Positions 38,972 through 50,434 are shown, counted from the first letter of the stretch. The stretch is 64,000 nt of DNA from an uncultured beta proteobacterium (GCA_963695915.1 CAVOIO010000034.1:15654-79653), one strand, 5' to 3'. Notes: generated by a model from the letters alone, not told the origin. Program-made: numbers and translations.

Positions 38972-40110
38972 ATGGAAAAAGACCAGGCCGTCAAATTCAT
39001 ACACGAACTGCTGAGGGGCATGGTGGCGAGAAAGGCATCGGACCTTTTCATCACCGCCGGATTTCCGCCGGCGTTCAAGGTCGACGGCAAGATGACGCCG
39101 GTGTCGAACCAGAGCCTGACGCCGCAGCACACCCAGGAACTGGCCCGCTCGCTGATGAACGACAAGCAGGCGCAGGAGTTCGAAGGCACCAAGGAATGCA
39201 ATTTCGCGATCAACCCGCCCGGGATCGGGCGTTTCCGCGTGAACGCTTTCGTGCAGCAGCAGCGCGTCGGCATCGTGCTGCGGACCATCACCACGACCAT
39301 TCCCAAGTTCGAGGAACTCGGCCTGCCCCCGGTGCTGAAGGACGTGGCGATGACCAAGCGCGGTCTGGTGATCTTTGTCGGCGGCACCGGCTCCGGCAAA
39401 TCCACGTCGCTGGCGGCGATGATCGGCTACCGCAACGAGAACAGCTATGGCCACATCATCACGATCGAAGACCCGATCGAGTACGTGCATGACCACAAGA
39501 ACTGCCTGATCACCCAGCGTGAAGTCGGGGTCGACACCGACTCCTGGGAAACCGCGCTGAAGAACACCCTGCGGCAGGCGCCGGACGTGATCCTGATCGG
39601 CGAAATCCGCGAACGCGAGACCATGGAACACGCCGTCGCCTTCGCCGAAACCGGCCACCTGTGCATGGGCACGCTGCACGCCAACAGCGCCAACCAGGCG
39701 CTCGACCGCATCATCAACTTCTTCCCGGAAGAGCGCCGCGCCACAGTTGCTGATGGACCTTGTCGCTGAACCTCAAGGGGCTGATCTCGCAACGGCTGAT
39801 CCCGCTCAAGGACACCAAGGGCCGCGCCGCGGCGATCGAGATCCTGCTCAATTCGCCGCTGATCTCCGACCTGATCTTCAAGGGCGAGGTGCACGAGATC
39901 AAGGAGATCATGAAGAAGTCGAGGGAACTGGGCATGCAGACCTTCGACCAGGCGCTGTTCGAGCTCTACGAGACTGGAAAAATCAGCTACGAGGACGCAA
40001 TGCGCAACGCCGACTCGATGAACGAACTGCGGCTGCAGATCAAGCTGCACGGCAAGGAAGCGCAGGACCGCGACCTCACCACCGGGGTGGATCACCTGAA
40101 CATCGTCTGA
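38972..40110 (+). pseudogene. pilU: PilT-family ATPase PilU, one frame change
   Basis: MEKDQAVKFIHELLRGMVARKASDLFIT.. with Walker A GGTGSGKSTS. Frame change near 39745 (FFPEERR|..QLLMDLSLNLKGLISQRL). Confidence 0.9.
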
Positions 40111-40130
40111 CGAATCGTCAGACGATATCA

Positions 40131-40244
40131 GGGATGAAGGCGGAAGGAAGGGCAAGAGACTGCTAAGAAAGGACTCTACGGCCTTCAATGCCGTCCGCTG
40201 TTATCTCACTTCATCCCTCATCCCTCATCCCTCGTCCCTGCTTC
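40131..40244. repeat. tandem-heptamer inverted-repeat element (GATGAGG/GGAAGGA type) between convergent genes
   Basis: Left arm 40131-40158 gggatgaaggcggaaggaagggcaagag. Right arm 40207-40244 cacttcatccctcatccctcatccctcgtccctgcttc also supplies the last codons (..QGRGMRDEG*) of the minus-strand gene. Confidence 0.75.
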
Positions 40245-41390
40245 TCGCGCCGCATCGCGCCGGCAACGATCTTGAATTCGTACAGCCGGCACTCCAGCGG
40301 GCCGTTGTAAAGCGGGGTGCGCTTAGATGGTGACAGTCCGATCAGCTTGGGCAGGCGCAGATCGGCGGTGAACAGGTAGGCGCGCCAGCCGGCAAACTTC
40401 TTTTTGAGCACGTCCCCCAGCTGCGGATAGAACGCAGCCAGTTCTCCTGCTCACCCAGGCGCACGCCGTAAGGCGGATTGGTCACCAGCACGCCTTCGGC
40501 GGCCGGCGCCGAAATTTCCAGCACGTTGGCCTGTTTGAGGCTGACCGCATCGGCCAATCCTGCGGCAGCCAGGTTCTCGCGCGCAAGCTTGAGCGCGTCT
40601 CCGAACAGATCGCTGCCGAAAATCGGCGTCCGGGCGTCATTCCTGATCCGCGCTTCGGCATTGCCCCTGGTGCGGACCCACTCCGCAGCATCGAAGTTGC
40701 GCAGCTTCTCGAACGCGAACCTGCGATTGACGCCCTGCCGGAATGCCCCGCGCGATCTGCGCTGCTTCGATCAGCACCGTGCCGCTGCCGCACATCGGAT
40801 CGAGCAGCGGGGTACCCGGCGTCCAGCCGGCAAGCGTCAGAATTCCGGCGGCGAGGTTTTCGCGCAAGCGGCGCTTCGCCCGCCATCTGCCGTGAACCGC
40901 GCTTGAACAGCGGCTCACCCGAGGTGTCGAGATAAATCGTGAACCGCTCGACGTCGAGAAAGGCGTGGATGCGCACATCGGGCTGCGCCGTATCCACGCT
41001 TGGGCGGCTTCCTGTTTGCCCACGGAACTTGTCGCAGGCCGCATCCTTGATCCGCAGCGTGATGAATTCCAGGCTCTTGAGCGGGCTCGCGACCGCCGCG
41101 ACATTCACCCGGATCGTGAGGCCGGGATCGAACAGACGCTGCCAGTCCAGAGCGTACACGCCGCGATAGACATCGTCCTCGTTGCGGTAGCGGCCCGAGC
41201 CGATCTCCCACAGCACCCGGCTGGCGATGCGGCTGTGCAGGTTGGCGGAATAGGCGAGCGGCAGCGTCCCGCCAAAGCCCACGCCACCTTCCACCGTGCC
41301 GATGTCCGATGCGCCCAACTCGCCGAGTTCGGCGGCCAGCAATGCCTCGAGCCCTCGCGGACAGGGCGCAAAAAACCGTTCTTGCTTCAA
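40211..41390 (-). pseudogene. THUMP-domain class I SAM-dependent RNA methyltransferase (UPF0020 / RlmL-N-like), frame broken about 3 times
   Basis: TTG start, MKQERFFAPCPRGLEALLAAEL. ..[15 protein letters not shown] (SAM motif I) and VTNPPYGVRLG (NPPY motif). Frame changes near 40870, 40730 and 40445. Confidence 0.8.
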
Positions 41391-41413
41391 GATAAAGCAC
41401 CCAAATCAGACCT

Positions 41414-41573
41414 CAACGCAAAGACGCAAAGAACGCAAAGGAAACCCGGATAATGGGAACGAATGGTTCATGGCACCGATACTCTGATAGCCGTGCTTGC
41501 GGCGAACCGGGTCTGCAGAGCGATATTTGCGTCCATTCATCAGCATTTCTTTGCGTTCTTTGCGTCTTGCGTG
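41414..41573. repeat. tandem-octamer inverted-repeat element (ACGCAAAG type)
   Basis: Left arm 41414-41444 caacgcaaagacgcaaagaacgcaaaggaaa. Right arm 41546-41573 tttctttgcgttctttgcgtcttgcgtg. The spacer is 101 nt. Confidence 0.85.
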
Positions 41574-41588
41574 GGAGATGGTAGAGTT

Positions 41589-41930
41589 CTAGAGGCCCAG
41601 GAAAACTTCGAACTCGATGCGCTTCCAGGGATCGCGATGCTTGGTCAGGCGCACGATGCGCGCTTGCAGCCGGTTGCCGCGGTCGAGCTGGCGGGCCACC
41701 GCTTCATTTTCCTTGCGCGGCACATAGCCGAGCTTGTGGCCGTTCCATTCCACGCGCACCGCCCGCGCATCATGCGCGTTGTCGGGCTCCCGGATCAGGG
41801 CGAGCACATCGCCGACTTTCATCTGCTCCCAGAGTTCCTTGCCTTGGTAGTACTGAAAGCCGGCCAGCGGGGAATTCTGCACCAGGATGCGCGCGGTGAC
41901 CTGCGCCGCATGCAGCGTACTGCGCACCAT
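41589..41930 (-). CDS. stand-alone HIRAN-domain protein
   Basis: ..LAGFQYYQGKELWEQMKVGDVLALIREPDNAHDARAVRVEWNGHKLGYVPRKENEAVARQLDRG.. matches the HIRAN pattern. Start taken at MVRSTL. Confidence 0.7.
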   Translation of the reverse strand: MVRSTLHAAQVTARILVQNSPLAGFQYYQGKELWEQMKVGDVLALIREPDNAHDARAVRVEWNGHKLGYVPRKENEAVARQLDRGNRLQARIVRLTKHRDPWKRIEFEVFLGL

Positions 41931-41973
41931 AAGGCCGCGATCAGTAAGCCGCGCGCCAGTGATGTCATGGTTC

Positions 41974-42387
41974 TCAGAACGGCTGCAATTCCACCAGCAG
42001 CACGATGGCAACAAGCAGCACCACCGGAAACTCGTTTAACCAGCGGTAGAACACGTGGCCGTGGCGGTTACGGTCACGCTTGAAGTCAAGCATCAGTTTG
42101 CCGCAATACACATGGTAGGCGACCAGCACCGCGACCAGCACCAGCTTGGCAACCAACCATCCGCCGTGATAGCCATACCCCAGCCACAACCATGCGCCCG
42201 ACAGCAGCGTCAGTAGCGCGCCAGGCGTCATGATGCCGTAGAACAGCTTGCGCTCCATGATCTTGAAGCGTTCGAGGCTCGGCCGGTCCTCGCTCATGGC
42301 GTGATAGACGAAAAGCCGCGGCAGGTAGAACAGCCCGGCGAACCAGGTGACCATGAAGATGATGTGCAGCGACTTGATCCAGAGCAT
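41974..42387 (-). CDS. hemJ: protoporphyrinogen IX oxidase HemJ (UPF0093 family)
   Basis: MLWIKSLHIIFMVTWFAGLFYLPRLFVYH is the HemJ N-terminal signature. 137 aa with 4 TM helices. Confidence 0.85.
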   Translation of the reverse strand: MLWIKSLHIIFMVTWFAGLFYLPRLFVYHAMSEDRPSLERFKIMERKLFYGIMTPGALLTLLSGAWLWLGYGYHGGWLVAKLVLVAVLVAYHVYCGKLMLDFKRDRNRHGHVFYRWLNEFPVVLLVAIVLLVELQPF

Positions 42388-42412
42388 TGCGAAATCGCAG
42401 TTTGTCGGATCG

Positions 42413-44959
42413 TCAGGATGCCCAGCGCCGGTAGAACGCCCGCTTCGCGCACTCTACCAGCAGCAGGTAAGTCACGACCATCCCCGCGAGCAGCGCGAAG
42501 AAAGCCGCGGGCGGCGTGACGAAACCGAGGTGGGGTGCGAGCGCGGTGAACGGCAATGCAACGGCGACGGCAACCACGGCCAGGGAGGTCGCCACCAATG
42601 CCGCGGCCGGCCGGCTCTTCAGCGGATTGCCGCGCGTGCGGATGACGAAAATGACCAGGACTTGCGTAGCCAGCGACTCGATGAACCAGCCGGTCTGGAA
42701 GAGCGCCCGGCCGGCATCGAACACCTCGAGCAGCAGGAAAAAGGTGAGAAAATCGAACAGCGAGCTCACCGGCCCCGCCACCCACATGAAGCGGCGCACG
42801 AAATCCATGTCCCAGGCGCGCGGCCGGGCGAGGTCCGCGTCGTCCACCCGATCCATCGGGATCGTCAGTTCGGAAATATCGTAGAGCAAGTTGTTCAGCA
42901 GGATCTGGGTCGGCAGCATCGGCAGGAATGGCAGAAACAGCGAGGCGGCCGGCCATGCTGAACATGTTTCCGAAGTTCGAGCTGGTGCCCATCATGATGT
43001 ACTTCATGACGTTGCCGAAAGTGCGCCGTCCCTCGACGCACGCCCTCGTGCACGACCTTCAGGTCGTGGGCGAGCAGGATCATGTCGGCCGTCTCCCGCG
43101 CCACGTCGACTGCGGTATCCACCGACAGGCCGACGTCGGCGGAATGCAGCGGCGGGGCGTCGTTGACGCCGTCCCCAAGATAGCCGACGACCTGTCCGCG
43201 CGCTTTCAGCGCCAGGATGATGCGGTTCTTCTGCTGCGGATTCACCCGGCAGAAAAGGTTGGCACCCTCGACCACCGCCTGCAGGCCGTCGTCGTCCAGC
43301 TGCGCGATCTGCGCCCCGCTGAGCACGCCGCTGCACCTCGATGCCGAGCATGCGGCAGACGTGGCGGGTCACCTGCTCGCCGTCGCCGGTGACGATCTTC
43401 AGCGCGATGCCGTCGGCGGCGAGCATGCGCAACGCCTCGCGGGCGGACTCCTTCGGCGGGTCGAGGAAGGCGGCGAATCCGCAGAACGTCAGCCCGGTCT
43501 CGTCGTCTACCACGGCGTGCGGATGGTCGCGCGCGACCTCCTTAACCGCCACGCCGAGCACTCGGAAACCCTCGTCGCCCAGCGCGTCGAGCCGCTGCTG
43601 CAGGCGCGCGCGCGCGGCGGCGTCGAGGGGCGCGCGCACGACGTCGTCCTCGAAGTCGACCGACAGCCTCAGAATTTCCTCGGGTGCACCCTTGACCACC
43701 AGGAGGCGGGCGGCACCGTCGTCGGCCAGGACCGAGATGCGGCGGCGCTCGAAGTCGAATGGCACTTCGTCGATCTTCTGCAGGCCGCTTACGTCGATGT
43801 GGGTGTGCGCGAGGATGGCGTCGTCGAGCGGGCTGCGCAGCCCGGTCTCGAACGCACTGTTGATGTAGGCCAGCCGCAGCACGCGCTCGGATTCTCGGCC
43901 GCGGGCGTCCTCGTGGCGCTCCAGCCGGATCTTCGCCTCGGTGAGCGTGCCGGTCTTGTCGGTGCACAGCACGTCCATGCTGCCGAGGTCCTCGATCGCC
44001 GACAGGCGGCGCACCACCACCTGCCGCTGCGCCATGCGTCCGGCGCCGCGCGCCAGGGTCACCGACATCACCATCGGCAGCAGTTCCGGCGTCAGACCGA
44101 CGGCGAGCGCCAGCGCGAACAGGAACGACTCGAGCCAGGGCCGGCCGAACAGCGCATTGACCAGCAGCACGAACAGCACCAGCAGCAGCGTCATGCGCAG
44201 GATCAGCATGCCGAAGCGGCGGGTGCCGCGTCTCGAAGGCGGTCGGGGGCGGCTCGGCCTGCAGGGCGGTCTCGATGGCACCGACCGCGGTGGCCGCGCC
44301 GGTGCGGCAGACCAGCAGCCGGGCGTTGCCGGAGATGATCGAGGTGCCCATCAACACCGCGTTGGTCGCCGCGTCCATGCGCTCGCCGCCGTGCAGGTCG
44401 CCGGGATGCTTCTCCACCGGATAGGGTTCGCCGGTGAGCAGTGCTTGTTGCACGAAGAGGTCGCGCGCTTCCAGTACCCGCGCGTCCGCCGGCACCAGGT
44501 CGCCAGCGGAGACTATCGACCACGTCGCCGGGGACGAGGTCCGCGATCTCGACTTCGCCCAGATGGCCGTCGCGCAACACGCGCGCGCGCACCGCCACCG
44601 AACGGCGCAGCCGTTCCACCGCCCGGCCGGCGCGGTTTTCCTGGACGAAATCCAGGGTCACCAGACAACACGACCATGGCCACGATGATGACGAAGCTCG
44701 CGGTCTCTCCAGTGATCGCGGCCACCGCACTGGCGGCGAGCAGCACCAGCACCAGTGGATTGCGAAAGCGCGCCAGAAACTGCAGTGGCAGGGGAATGCG
44801 GCGAATTTCCTGCAGTTCGTTGGGGCCGAAGCGCGTGCGCCGCAGGCGCGCCTCGCGTTCGCTCAGACCGGCTGTGCCGGTCTCCAGTTCGGCGAGTTGC
44901 ACGGCAAGGGGCTCGAGCCACCAGACCTCGGAACATGGACTGGCGGCGGGGTGAGACAT
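42413..44959 (-). pseudogene. mgtA: Mg2+-importing P-type ATPase MgtA, frame broken about 6 times
   Basis: DKTGTLT phosphorylation site, TGDGVNDAP-type hinge (GYLGDGVNDAPPL) and C-terminal NLLYDISELTIPMDRVDD. Frame changes near 44660, 44500, 44225, 43325, 43010 and 42940. Confidence 0.85.
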
Positions 44960-44960
44960 G

Positions 44961-45746
44961 TCAGGAAAGCAGCCGTCGCCGCGTCAGAACCAGTGCGACA
45001 TAGAACGCGACCGCCGCGTAACCCAGCAAAACCAGCACATGAAATGCCGGCTCGGCCGGCGCGACGCCGACGACCAGCGGACGAGCCAGAAGGACGGCAT
45101 GGGTAAGCGGCAGAACCGAGGAGACCACCTGTAGCGCCCCGGGAAGCTGGTCAGTCGGGAAGAACACGCCGCAGAGCAGCACCATCGGCGTGATCAGCAG
45201 CGTGAAATAATAAAGAAAAAAATCGTAGCTCGGCGAAACGGCATTCATGACCAGTCCGAGGCAGGCAAACGTCAGCCCCACCAGGAAGGCGAGCGGGACG
45301 ATCCACAACGTGAGCGGCGAATGCGACAGCCCGAGCACCCAGATGATAATCAGGATCGCGCAGCCGGAAAGAAAGCTCTTGCTCGCCGCCCACGCCGCCT
45401 CGGCAGCCACCACGTCGTCGAGGTTGATCGGCGCGTTCATGATGGCATCCCAGGTCCTCTGCACGTGCATGCGTGAGAATGCGGAATACAGCGCCTCGAA
45501 GGTCGCGGTGTTCATGGTGCTGTAGCACACCGTGCCGGCCGCCAGGAAAGTGATGTACGGCAGTCCGCCGACCTTGCCGACCAGCGCGCCCAGGCCATAG
45601 CCGAGCCCGAGCATGTACAGCATCGGGTCGGCGAGATTGCCGAGCATCGATGGAATCGCGAGCTTGCGCCAGACCAGGAAGTTGCGGCGCCAGACATGCG
45701 CGAAACGCAGGCTCAGGGCCGGCGGACGGAAATCTTTCGCTCTCAT
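44961..45746 (-). CDS. nodJ: ABC-2-type exporter permease (NodJ-like)
   Basis: 261 aa, intact, 6 TM. ..FLVWRKLAIPSMLGNLADPMLYMLGLGYGLG.. The stop lies 1 nt from the mgtA start. Confidence 0.8.
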   Translation of the reverse strand: MRAKDFRPPALSLRFAHVWRRNFLVWRKLAIPSMLGNLADPMLYMLGLGYGLGALVGKVGGLPYITFLAAGTVCYSTMNTATFEALYSAFSRMHVQRTWDAIMNAPINLDDVVAAEAAWAASKSFLSGCAILIIIWVLGLSHSPLTLWIVPLAFLVGLTFACLGLVMNAVSPSYDFFLYYFTLLITPMVLLCGVFFPTDQLPGALQVVSSVLPLTHAVLLARPLVVGVAPAEPAFHVLVLLGYAAVAFYVALVLTRRRLLS

Positions 45747-45788
45747 CGCCCTTGTATCCGTATCCCGGTGAAACCGAGAGCGCTGTTG

Positions 45789-45819
45789 CCTTCGCCCCTC
45801 GCTCCTCGCCCCTCTTTCC
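45789..45819. repeat. single pyrimidine-rich heptamer arm (CCTCGC[CT] type) between nodI and nodJ
   Basis: ccttcgcccctcgctcctcgcccctctttcc. No convincing partner arm. Confidence 0.4.
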
Positions 45820-45828
45820 TGTTCACGA

Positions 45829-46740
45829 TCAGTCCCGCAGGTCGCGCCCGGTGAGTTTCAGGAAGACGTCCTCCAGATTCGCAGGCCGGTGAAGGTAGCG
45901 TAAACCCGGACGATTCTGCAGCGTGGCAATCAACGGTTCGGCGCGGTTGGTATAGCAGAATATGGTCTCGCCGGTATGCTCGGCTCGCATGGCAAGTTTT
46001 TCGCCGTGCTCAGCCGCCCATCCCGCAACGTCTTCCCCGTACACCTCCAGCACCTCCGGCTCGATGTGACGCGAGATCAGTTCGCGCGGGCTGCCGGTGG
46101 AAATGATGCGGCCATGGTCCATGATCGACAAGCGCCGGCAAAGGCGTTCCGCCTCGTCCATGAAATGCGTGGTCAGCAGGATGGTCTTGCCCCGGTTCAG
46201 CAACTGCTTGAGCCGCTCCCAGATCAGGTGGCGGGCCTGGGGATCGAGTCCGGTGGTCGGCTCATCCAGGAATATCAGGTCGGGGTCGTTGATCAACGCC
46301 CGCGCCAGCGACAAGCGCCGCTTCATCCCGCCGGAGAGGGTCTGGATCTTCGAGTTCGCGCGGTTGGTCAGGCCGGCGAACTCCAGAAGTTCGGGAATGC
46401 GGCTTCGCGTGACGGCGTCAGCCTGGCCGAAATAACGCCCGTACACAAGCAGGTTTTCGAACACGGTGAAGTCCGGGTCGAGGTTGTCGAGCTGCGGCAG
46501 TACGCCCAAGCGGATGCGGGCCTCGCGCGCAGCCTTCGGTACCGGAAGACCGAGCAGCGAGATCTCTCCCGCATCCGGATCGGAAAGGCCCAGGCACAGT
46601 CGCAGCGTGGTGGTCTTGCCGGCACCGTTGGGTCCAAGCAGTCCGTGGCACTCGCCGGCCTCCAGCGAGAGGTTCACGCCGCGCACGACTTCGAGGTCGC
46701 CGTAGGATTTGCGCAGGTCTTTGACTTCAAGAAGCGGCAT
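45829..46740 (-). CDS. nodI: ABC exporter ATP-binding protein (NodI-like)
   Basis: 303 aa, intact. [36 protein letters not shown]. Confidence 0.85.
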   Translation of the reverse strand: MPLLEVKDLRKSYGDLEVVRGVNLSLEAGECHGLLGPNGAGKTTTLRLCLGLSDPDAGEISLLGLPVPKAAREARIRLGVLPQLDNLDPDFTVFENLLVYGRYFGQADAVTRSRIPELLEFAGLTNRANSKIQTLSGGMKRRLSLARALINDPDLIFLDEPTTGLDPQARHLIWERLKQLLNRGKTILLTTHFMDEAERLCRRLSIMDHGRIISTGSPRELISRHIEPEVLEVYGEDVAGWAAEHGEKLAMRAEHTGETIFCYTNRAEPLIATLQNRPGLRYLHRPANLEDVFLKLTGRDLRD

Positions 46741-46769
46741 GTGAAATACGAGATTAGTTCAAAGGCGTT

Positions 46770-46905
46770 GACGCAGAGGGCGCAGAGGAAACAAGAAAGG
46801 ACACAAAGAAATGTTGGGATACGAACAATTTCAAGTTTTCAATAGCGTCCTTTCTTTTTTCTTTGCGCTCTCTCTGTGGTTCCCTCTGGCGGGACGTCTC
46901 TGCGT
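46770..46905. repeat. tandem-repeat inverted-repeat element (GCGCAGAGG / AAGAAAGG type)
   Basis: Left arm 46770-46811 gacgcagagggcgcagaggaaacaagaaaggacacaaagaaa. Right arm 46848-46905 tcctttcttttttctttgcgctctctctgtggttccctctggcgggacgtctctgcgt. The spacer is 36 nt. Confidence 0.75.
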
Positions 46906-46949
46906 ACAACGGCCCTTGAACTGGTTTCTCTGTTTGAGCTTGTTCGGGA

Positions 46950-47564
46950 TCAGGCGCGACAGTGTCTTTCGACAAGTTTCTGCAGCGTCACCAGATTCCC
47001 ATGGAAAAAATGGCCGGCGCCGGGAAACACCACGATCGGAAGCTGTTGCGGACGGGCCCAGTCGAGTGCGTCCTTGAGTGGCACCACGTCGTCTTCCTCG
47101 CCGTGCACCACCAACGTTCCCGCGGGAACCGTGCCGACCGGGAAGCGACCGACCGCGGGCGCCACCAGCACCAGATGCCTCGGCCCGAGTCGCTCGTGCG
47201 ACAGAGGCGGCGACGAAGCCGCCGAAGGAGAATCCGCCCAGCGCCAACTCGCCCTCGCCGTAGGTGCGCCGCGCGTGCTCCGCGAGCGCCAGGAAATCCT
47301 CGATTTCGCCGCGGCCCTCGTCGAACGACGCCGTCACTGGCGCCGACGCCGCGGAAATTCAGTCGCAGCGCGCAGTACCCCGAGCGCGAAGAACGCCTTC
47401 GCCAGGGTCTGCACTACTTTGTTGTCGAGCGTGCCGCCGTAAAGCGGATGCGGATGCGCTACCAGCGCCACGCCGCGGCGCGCCTCGCCGGGATCGTTGG
47501 CGACGATCTCGAGTTTGCCCGCGGGCCCGTCAATCGAGAGCCGGCTCTGTGATGCAGATTTCAA
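46950..47564 (-). pseudogene. alpha/beta-fold hydrolase (about 205 aa), frame broken 2 times
   Basis: ..VALVAHPHPLYGGTLDNKVV.., nucleophile elbow GFSFGG and ..VVHGEEDDVVP..GAGHFFHG. Frame changes near 47335 and 47170. Confidence 0.7.
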
Positions 47565-47870
47565 ATGCGCAGGCGCTCGACGATGCGGCCGTGGACCAGA
47601 TGCTCGTCTATGATCTCATCGATGTCGCTCTTGTCCACGTAGGTGTACCAGATTTCCTGGGGATAGACAGCGATCACCGGGCCCTCGTCGCAGCGGTCCA
47701 TGCAGCCCGCCTGGTTTACCCGCACCTTGCCCGGGCCGGCGAGTTGCAGCGACTTGACGCGGGCCTTGGCATAATCGCGCATTTCCTGTGCGTGATGATT
47801 GTTGCAGCACGCCGCACCGGGCTTCGCGCTGGTTGCAGCAGAAGAACACGTGATACTTGTAATGGCTCAA
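47561..47870 (-). pseudogene. thioredoxin-like [2Fe-2S] ferredoxin, one frame change
   Basis: SHYKYHVFFCCNQRE|PGAACCNNHHAQEMRDYAKARV...NQAGCMDRCDEGPVIAVYP. The start is uncertain (TTG 47870). Confidence 0.7.
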
Positions 47871-47899
47871 CGGCAAGACCCGTTGTTCCGGGGCGCGTA

Positions 47900-48235
47900 T
47901 TATAAGCCGCGCAGCGACCGGGTACTTGCGCGCGTTGATCGCCATCTTTTCCAGCGCCGCTTCCACCGGATCGATGTCCAGGACGTCCGCGAGCCGTACC
48001 AGGTAAAGCAGGACGTCGGCGATCTCGTGCGCCACGGCGGCGCGCTGCGACTCGGGCAGCGCTAGCGCTCTCGCTCCGGGGTCAGCCACTGAAAGTGCTC
48101 CATGATCTCGGCGGCCTCGATCGCCACCGACATCGCCAGGTTCTTCGGAACATGGAACTGCTCCCAGTCGCGCTCGGCGGCGAACTGCCGCAACCGCTCG
48201 CGCAGATCGTTCAGCGAATCGGAAGTTGAATTCAT
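47900..48235 (-). pseudogene. MazG-like nucleotide pyrophosphohydrolase, at least one frame change; 3' end uncertain
   Basis: MNSTSDSLNDLRERLRQFAAERDWEQFHVPKNLAMSVAIEAAEIMEHFQW..|..ESQRAAVAHEIADVLLYLVRLADVLDID. The ATG overlaps the upstream stop (ATGA). No in-frame stop occurs before the ferredoxin gene as sequenced. Confidence 0.6.
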
Positions 48236-49394
48236 CGTCGTTGCCTTCCATTAGCCGCGGCGGCCGGCACGCCCCGGTCTTGCGCGCGCAAGCAGAATAC
48301 AGGTAAGCGAGCGTGAGAAAGGGCCACAGTGCAGACAGCAGCCGCGTCATGCCGTTGAAGCTGACGTAATGTCCGTGCCGCCACACTTTCAATGCCGCGA
48401 CGAGGTAGGGATTCTCCGGAGCGAGGTTCACCACGATCAATCCGAGCACAAGGCAGACCGCTGCCGCGTGGATGAGAACGCTCCTGTGCGCGCGCGCCAG
48501 CAGAAGCCACGCCGCGAGGCCGATCGCGAGCCCCAGCAGCGACCCCGGCGTCAGCCACAGCGACGGATTGCCGGGAATGAACAGTGCCGAGGAAGCGATC
48601 GTTTTCAGCGCCAGTGCCGCGGCGGTCAGCGCGGTGAGCGAGACCGCGGCACCGAGGAAGGATCGCGCGATCGCAGTGAGCAGAAAGGCCACGCCGGCAA
48701 AGTTGAGCGCGGCAACGCCGGCTTCCAGGTAACGGTAGGACTCGGCCGAATAACTCACGCTGACCTGACCCGGCACCAGGTGGCGCAGATCGCCGTTGCC
48801 GAACAGCCAGATTTCCGCGTTGAGCTGGGTCAACAGCCACAGCGCGAGCAGCACGAAGCCGTAGGCAGTCATTGCGCCGGGCAGAAAGTACCGTCCGCGC
48901 AGCCGGTACAGTTCGCCGGAAAGCAGCCAGCGTTCCCCGAACATGTACGCTGCAGCGGCACCGAGCACCGTTCCGCCCGCGTTGGTGAGCAGGTCCACGT
49001 TGGAAGCAATGCGCGAAGGCAGATAGCCCTGCGCCAGTTCGATCGACAAGACTGAACAGCGTTCCGGCCAGCACCCCGAGCACCGCCGCCGCCCATCGCG
49101 GCATGCGCCCCATGATAGTCAGGGTGAGCAGCAGTCCGAGCGGAAGATAGGCAAGAACGTTGAGCGTGATATCGGAAAGCGGTGACGTAAAAAGGCCAGT
49201 CGGCAAGAACGAACGCGGTGGCATTCTTCGACCGGCGCACGCGCCAGCCGGAGAACGGGATAGAGGCTGGCATACGCCACCAGCAGCGGGTAAGCTACCG
49301 TGAGGTAACGTACCAGCTTGGATCTGCGCGAGTAACGCGTCGGGAGGAGAAAAACGGACCGCTCATGTTCTTGTGTGGAGTGCGCCGGGCACAA
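48232..49394 (-). pseudogene. VanZ-like polytopic membrane protein, frame broken at least 2 times; ends approximate
   Basis: ..YPLLVAYASLYP.., ..DITLNVLAYLPLGLLL.. and ..ELAQGYLPSRIASNVDLLTNAGGTVLG.. form a VanZ-type core followed by several more TM helices. Frame changes near 49230 and 49050. Confidence 0.5.
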
Positions 49395-49426
49395 TCAAAC
49401 GAGACCGCAGCCATCGGAAGCTCTGA

Positions 49427-50405
49427 TTGAGATTCTATGACATCTTCAACGGCGACGCCGACGGCATCTGCGCGCCTGCATCAACTGCGACTTGCCGATC
49501 CGCGCGACGCGGAGCTCATTACCGGTGTCAAGCGCGATATCGAGCTGCTCGCTCGCGTGAGCCGCTGGTCCCGGCGATGAAATCACGGTGCTCGACGTTT
49601 CGCTGGAAACGAATCGCAGCGACCTGATGCGCATGCTGGAGGCCGGGGTGCGTTGCCGGTACTTCGATCACCACTTCGCCGGCGCGGTCCCCAGCCATCC
49701 TCTGTTCGACGCGCACATCGATACCGACGCCGTCAGTCTGCACCAGCCTGATCGTCGATCGCTATCTGCGCGGGAAGTACCGGGCATGGGCGATCGTCGC
49801 TGCGTTCGGGGACAATCTGCTGGAATCCGCGCTTGCCGCAGCCGCGAGCCTGCAAATTCCGGCGCACGATCTCGAAGTGCTGCGCGAACTGGGCGAATGC
49901 CTGAACTACAACGCCTACGGAGAATCGGTGGAGGACCTGCATTTTCATCCCGCCGAACTCTATCGGCGCTTGCGCCGCTACGCCGATCCACTGGTGTTTT
50001 GCGCGCACGCTCCCGAATTCGAGGTACTACGCCGTGCCTACGCCGACGACCTTGAGCAGGCGCGCGCGTTGCCGGTGGTGAAGCGAGGTGAGGGCTGCAT
50101 CGCGGTGTTCATGCCGGACGAGGCCTGGAGCCGGCGTGTTTCCGGTGCATTCGCCAACGAACTGTCGCAACGTCATCCGGCACTCGCAGTGGCATTGCTG
50201 GTACGCGCGACAACGCGGGTATCGGGTGAGCCTGCGTGCGCCGCAAAACGCGACGCAGGGAATCGCATCTGGCCCGTCAAGTTCGACTCCGGCAGCGGCC
50301 GGGAACGCGCTGCCGGCATCCAGTTCCTGCCGGATCAGGACGTCGAACGGCTGCTTGAATCGCTCGAACGGGCCTACGCGGCGAAGACCCCGCCACCGAC
50401 GTCTA
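49427..50405 (+). pseudogene. DHH-family phosphoesterase-like protein, frame broken about 5 times; 3' end uncertain
   Basis: LRFYDIFNGDADGICA|LHQLRLADP.., ..RYFDHHFAG.. (DHH motif) and ..AFGDNL... Frame changes near 49475, 49565, 49740, 50205 and 50255. Confidence 0.55.
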
Positions 50406-50434
50406 AGCGGCGGCGCCCGTGCCGTCGTCGAGTT

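Noticed and set aside
37892-39769. 625-aa ORF that looks like a PilT-PilU fusion protein
   Set aside because: Removing one base near 38880 restores the normal PilT C-terminus (..AKEEARGKAANKDSFN) with TAA at 38931-38933. PilU has its own ATG at 38972. The fusion is a read-through caused by a frame error.
40105-40123. Intrinsic terminator after pilU (gtctgacg aat cgtcagac)
   Set aside because: It is a perfect 8-bp stem, but it overlaps the stop codon and is not followed by a T-run. It may be a processing or stability hairpin, but I cannot support calling it a terminator.
47616-49049. 477-aa ORF joining VanZ-like, MazG-like and ferredoxin sequences
   Set aside because: The same artefact. Three separate genes are recognisable, and the MazG-like ATG overlaps an upstream TGA at 48232-48235. 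The missing stop between the MazG-like and ferredoxin parts is most simply an indel effect.
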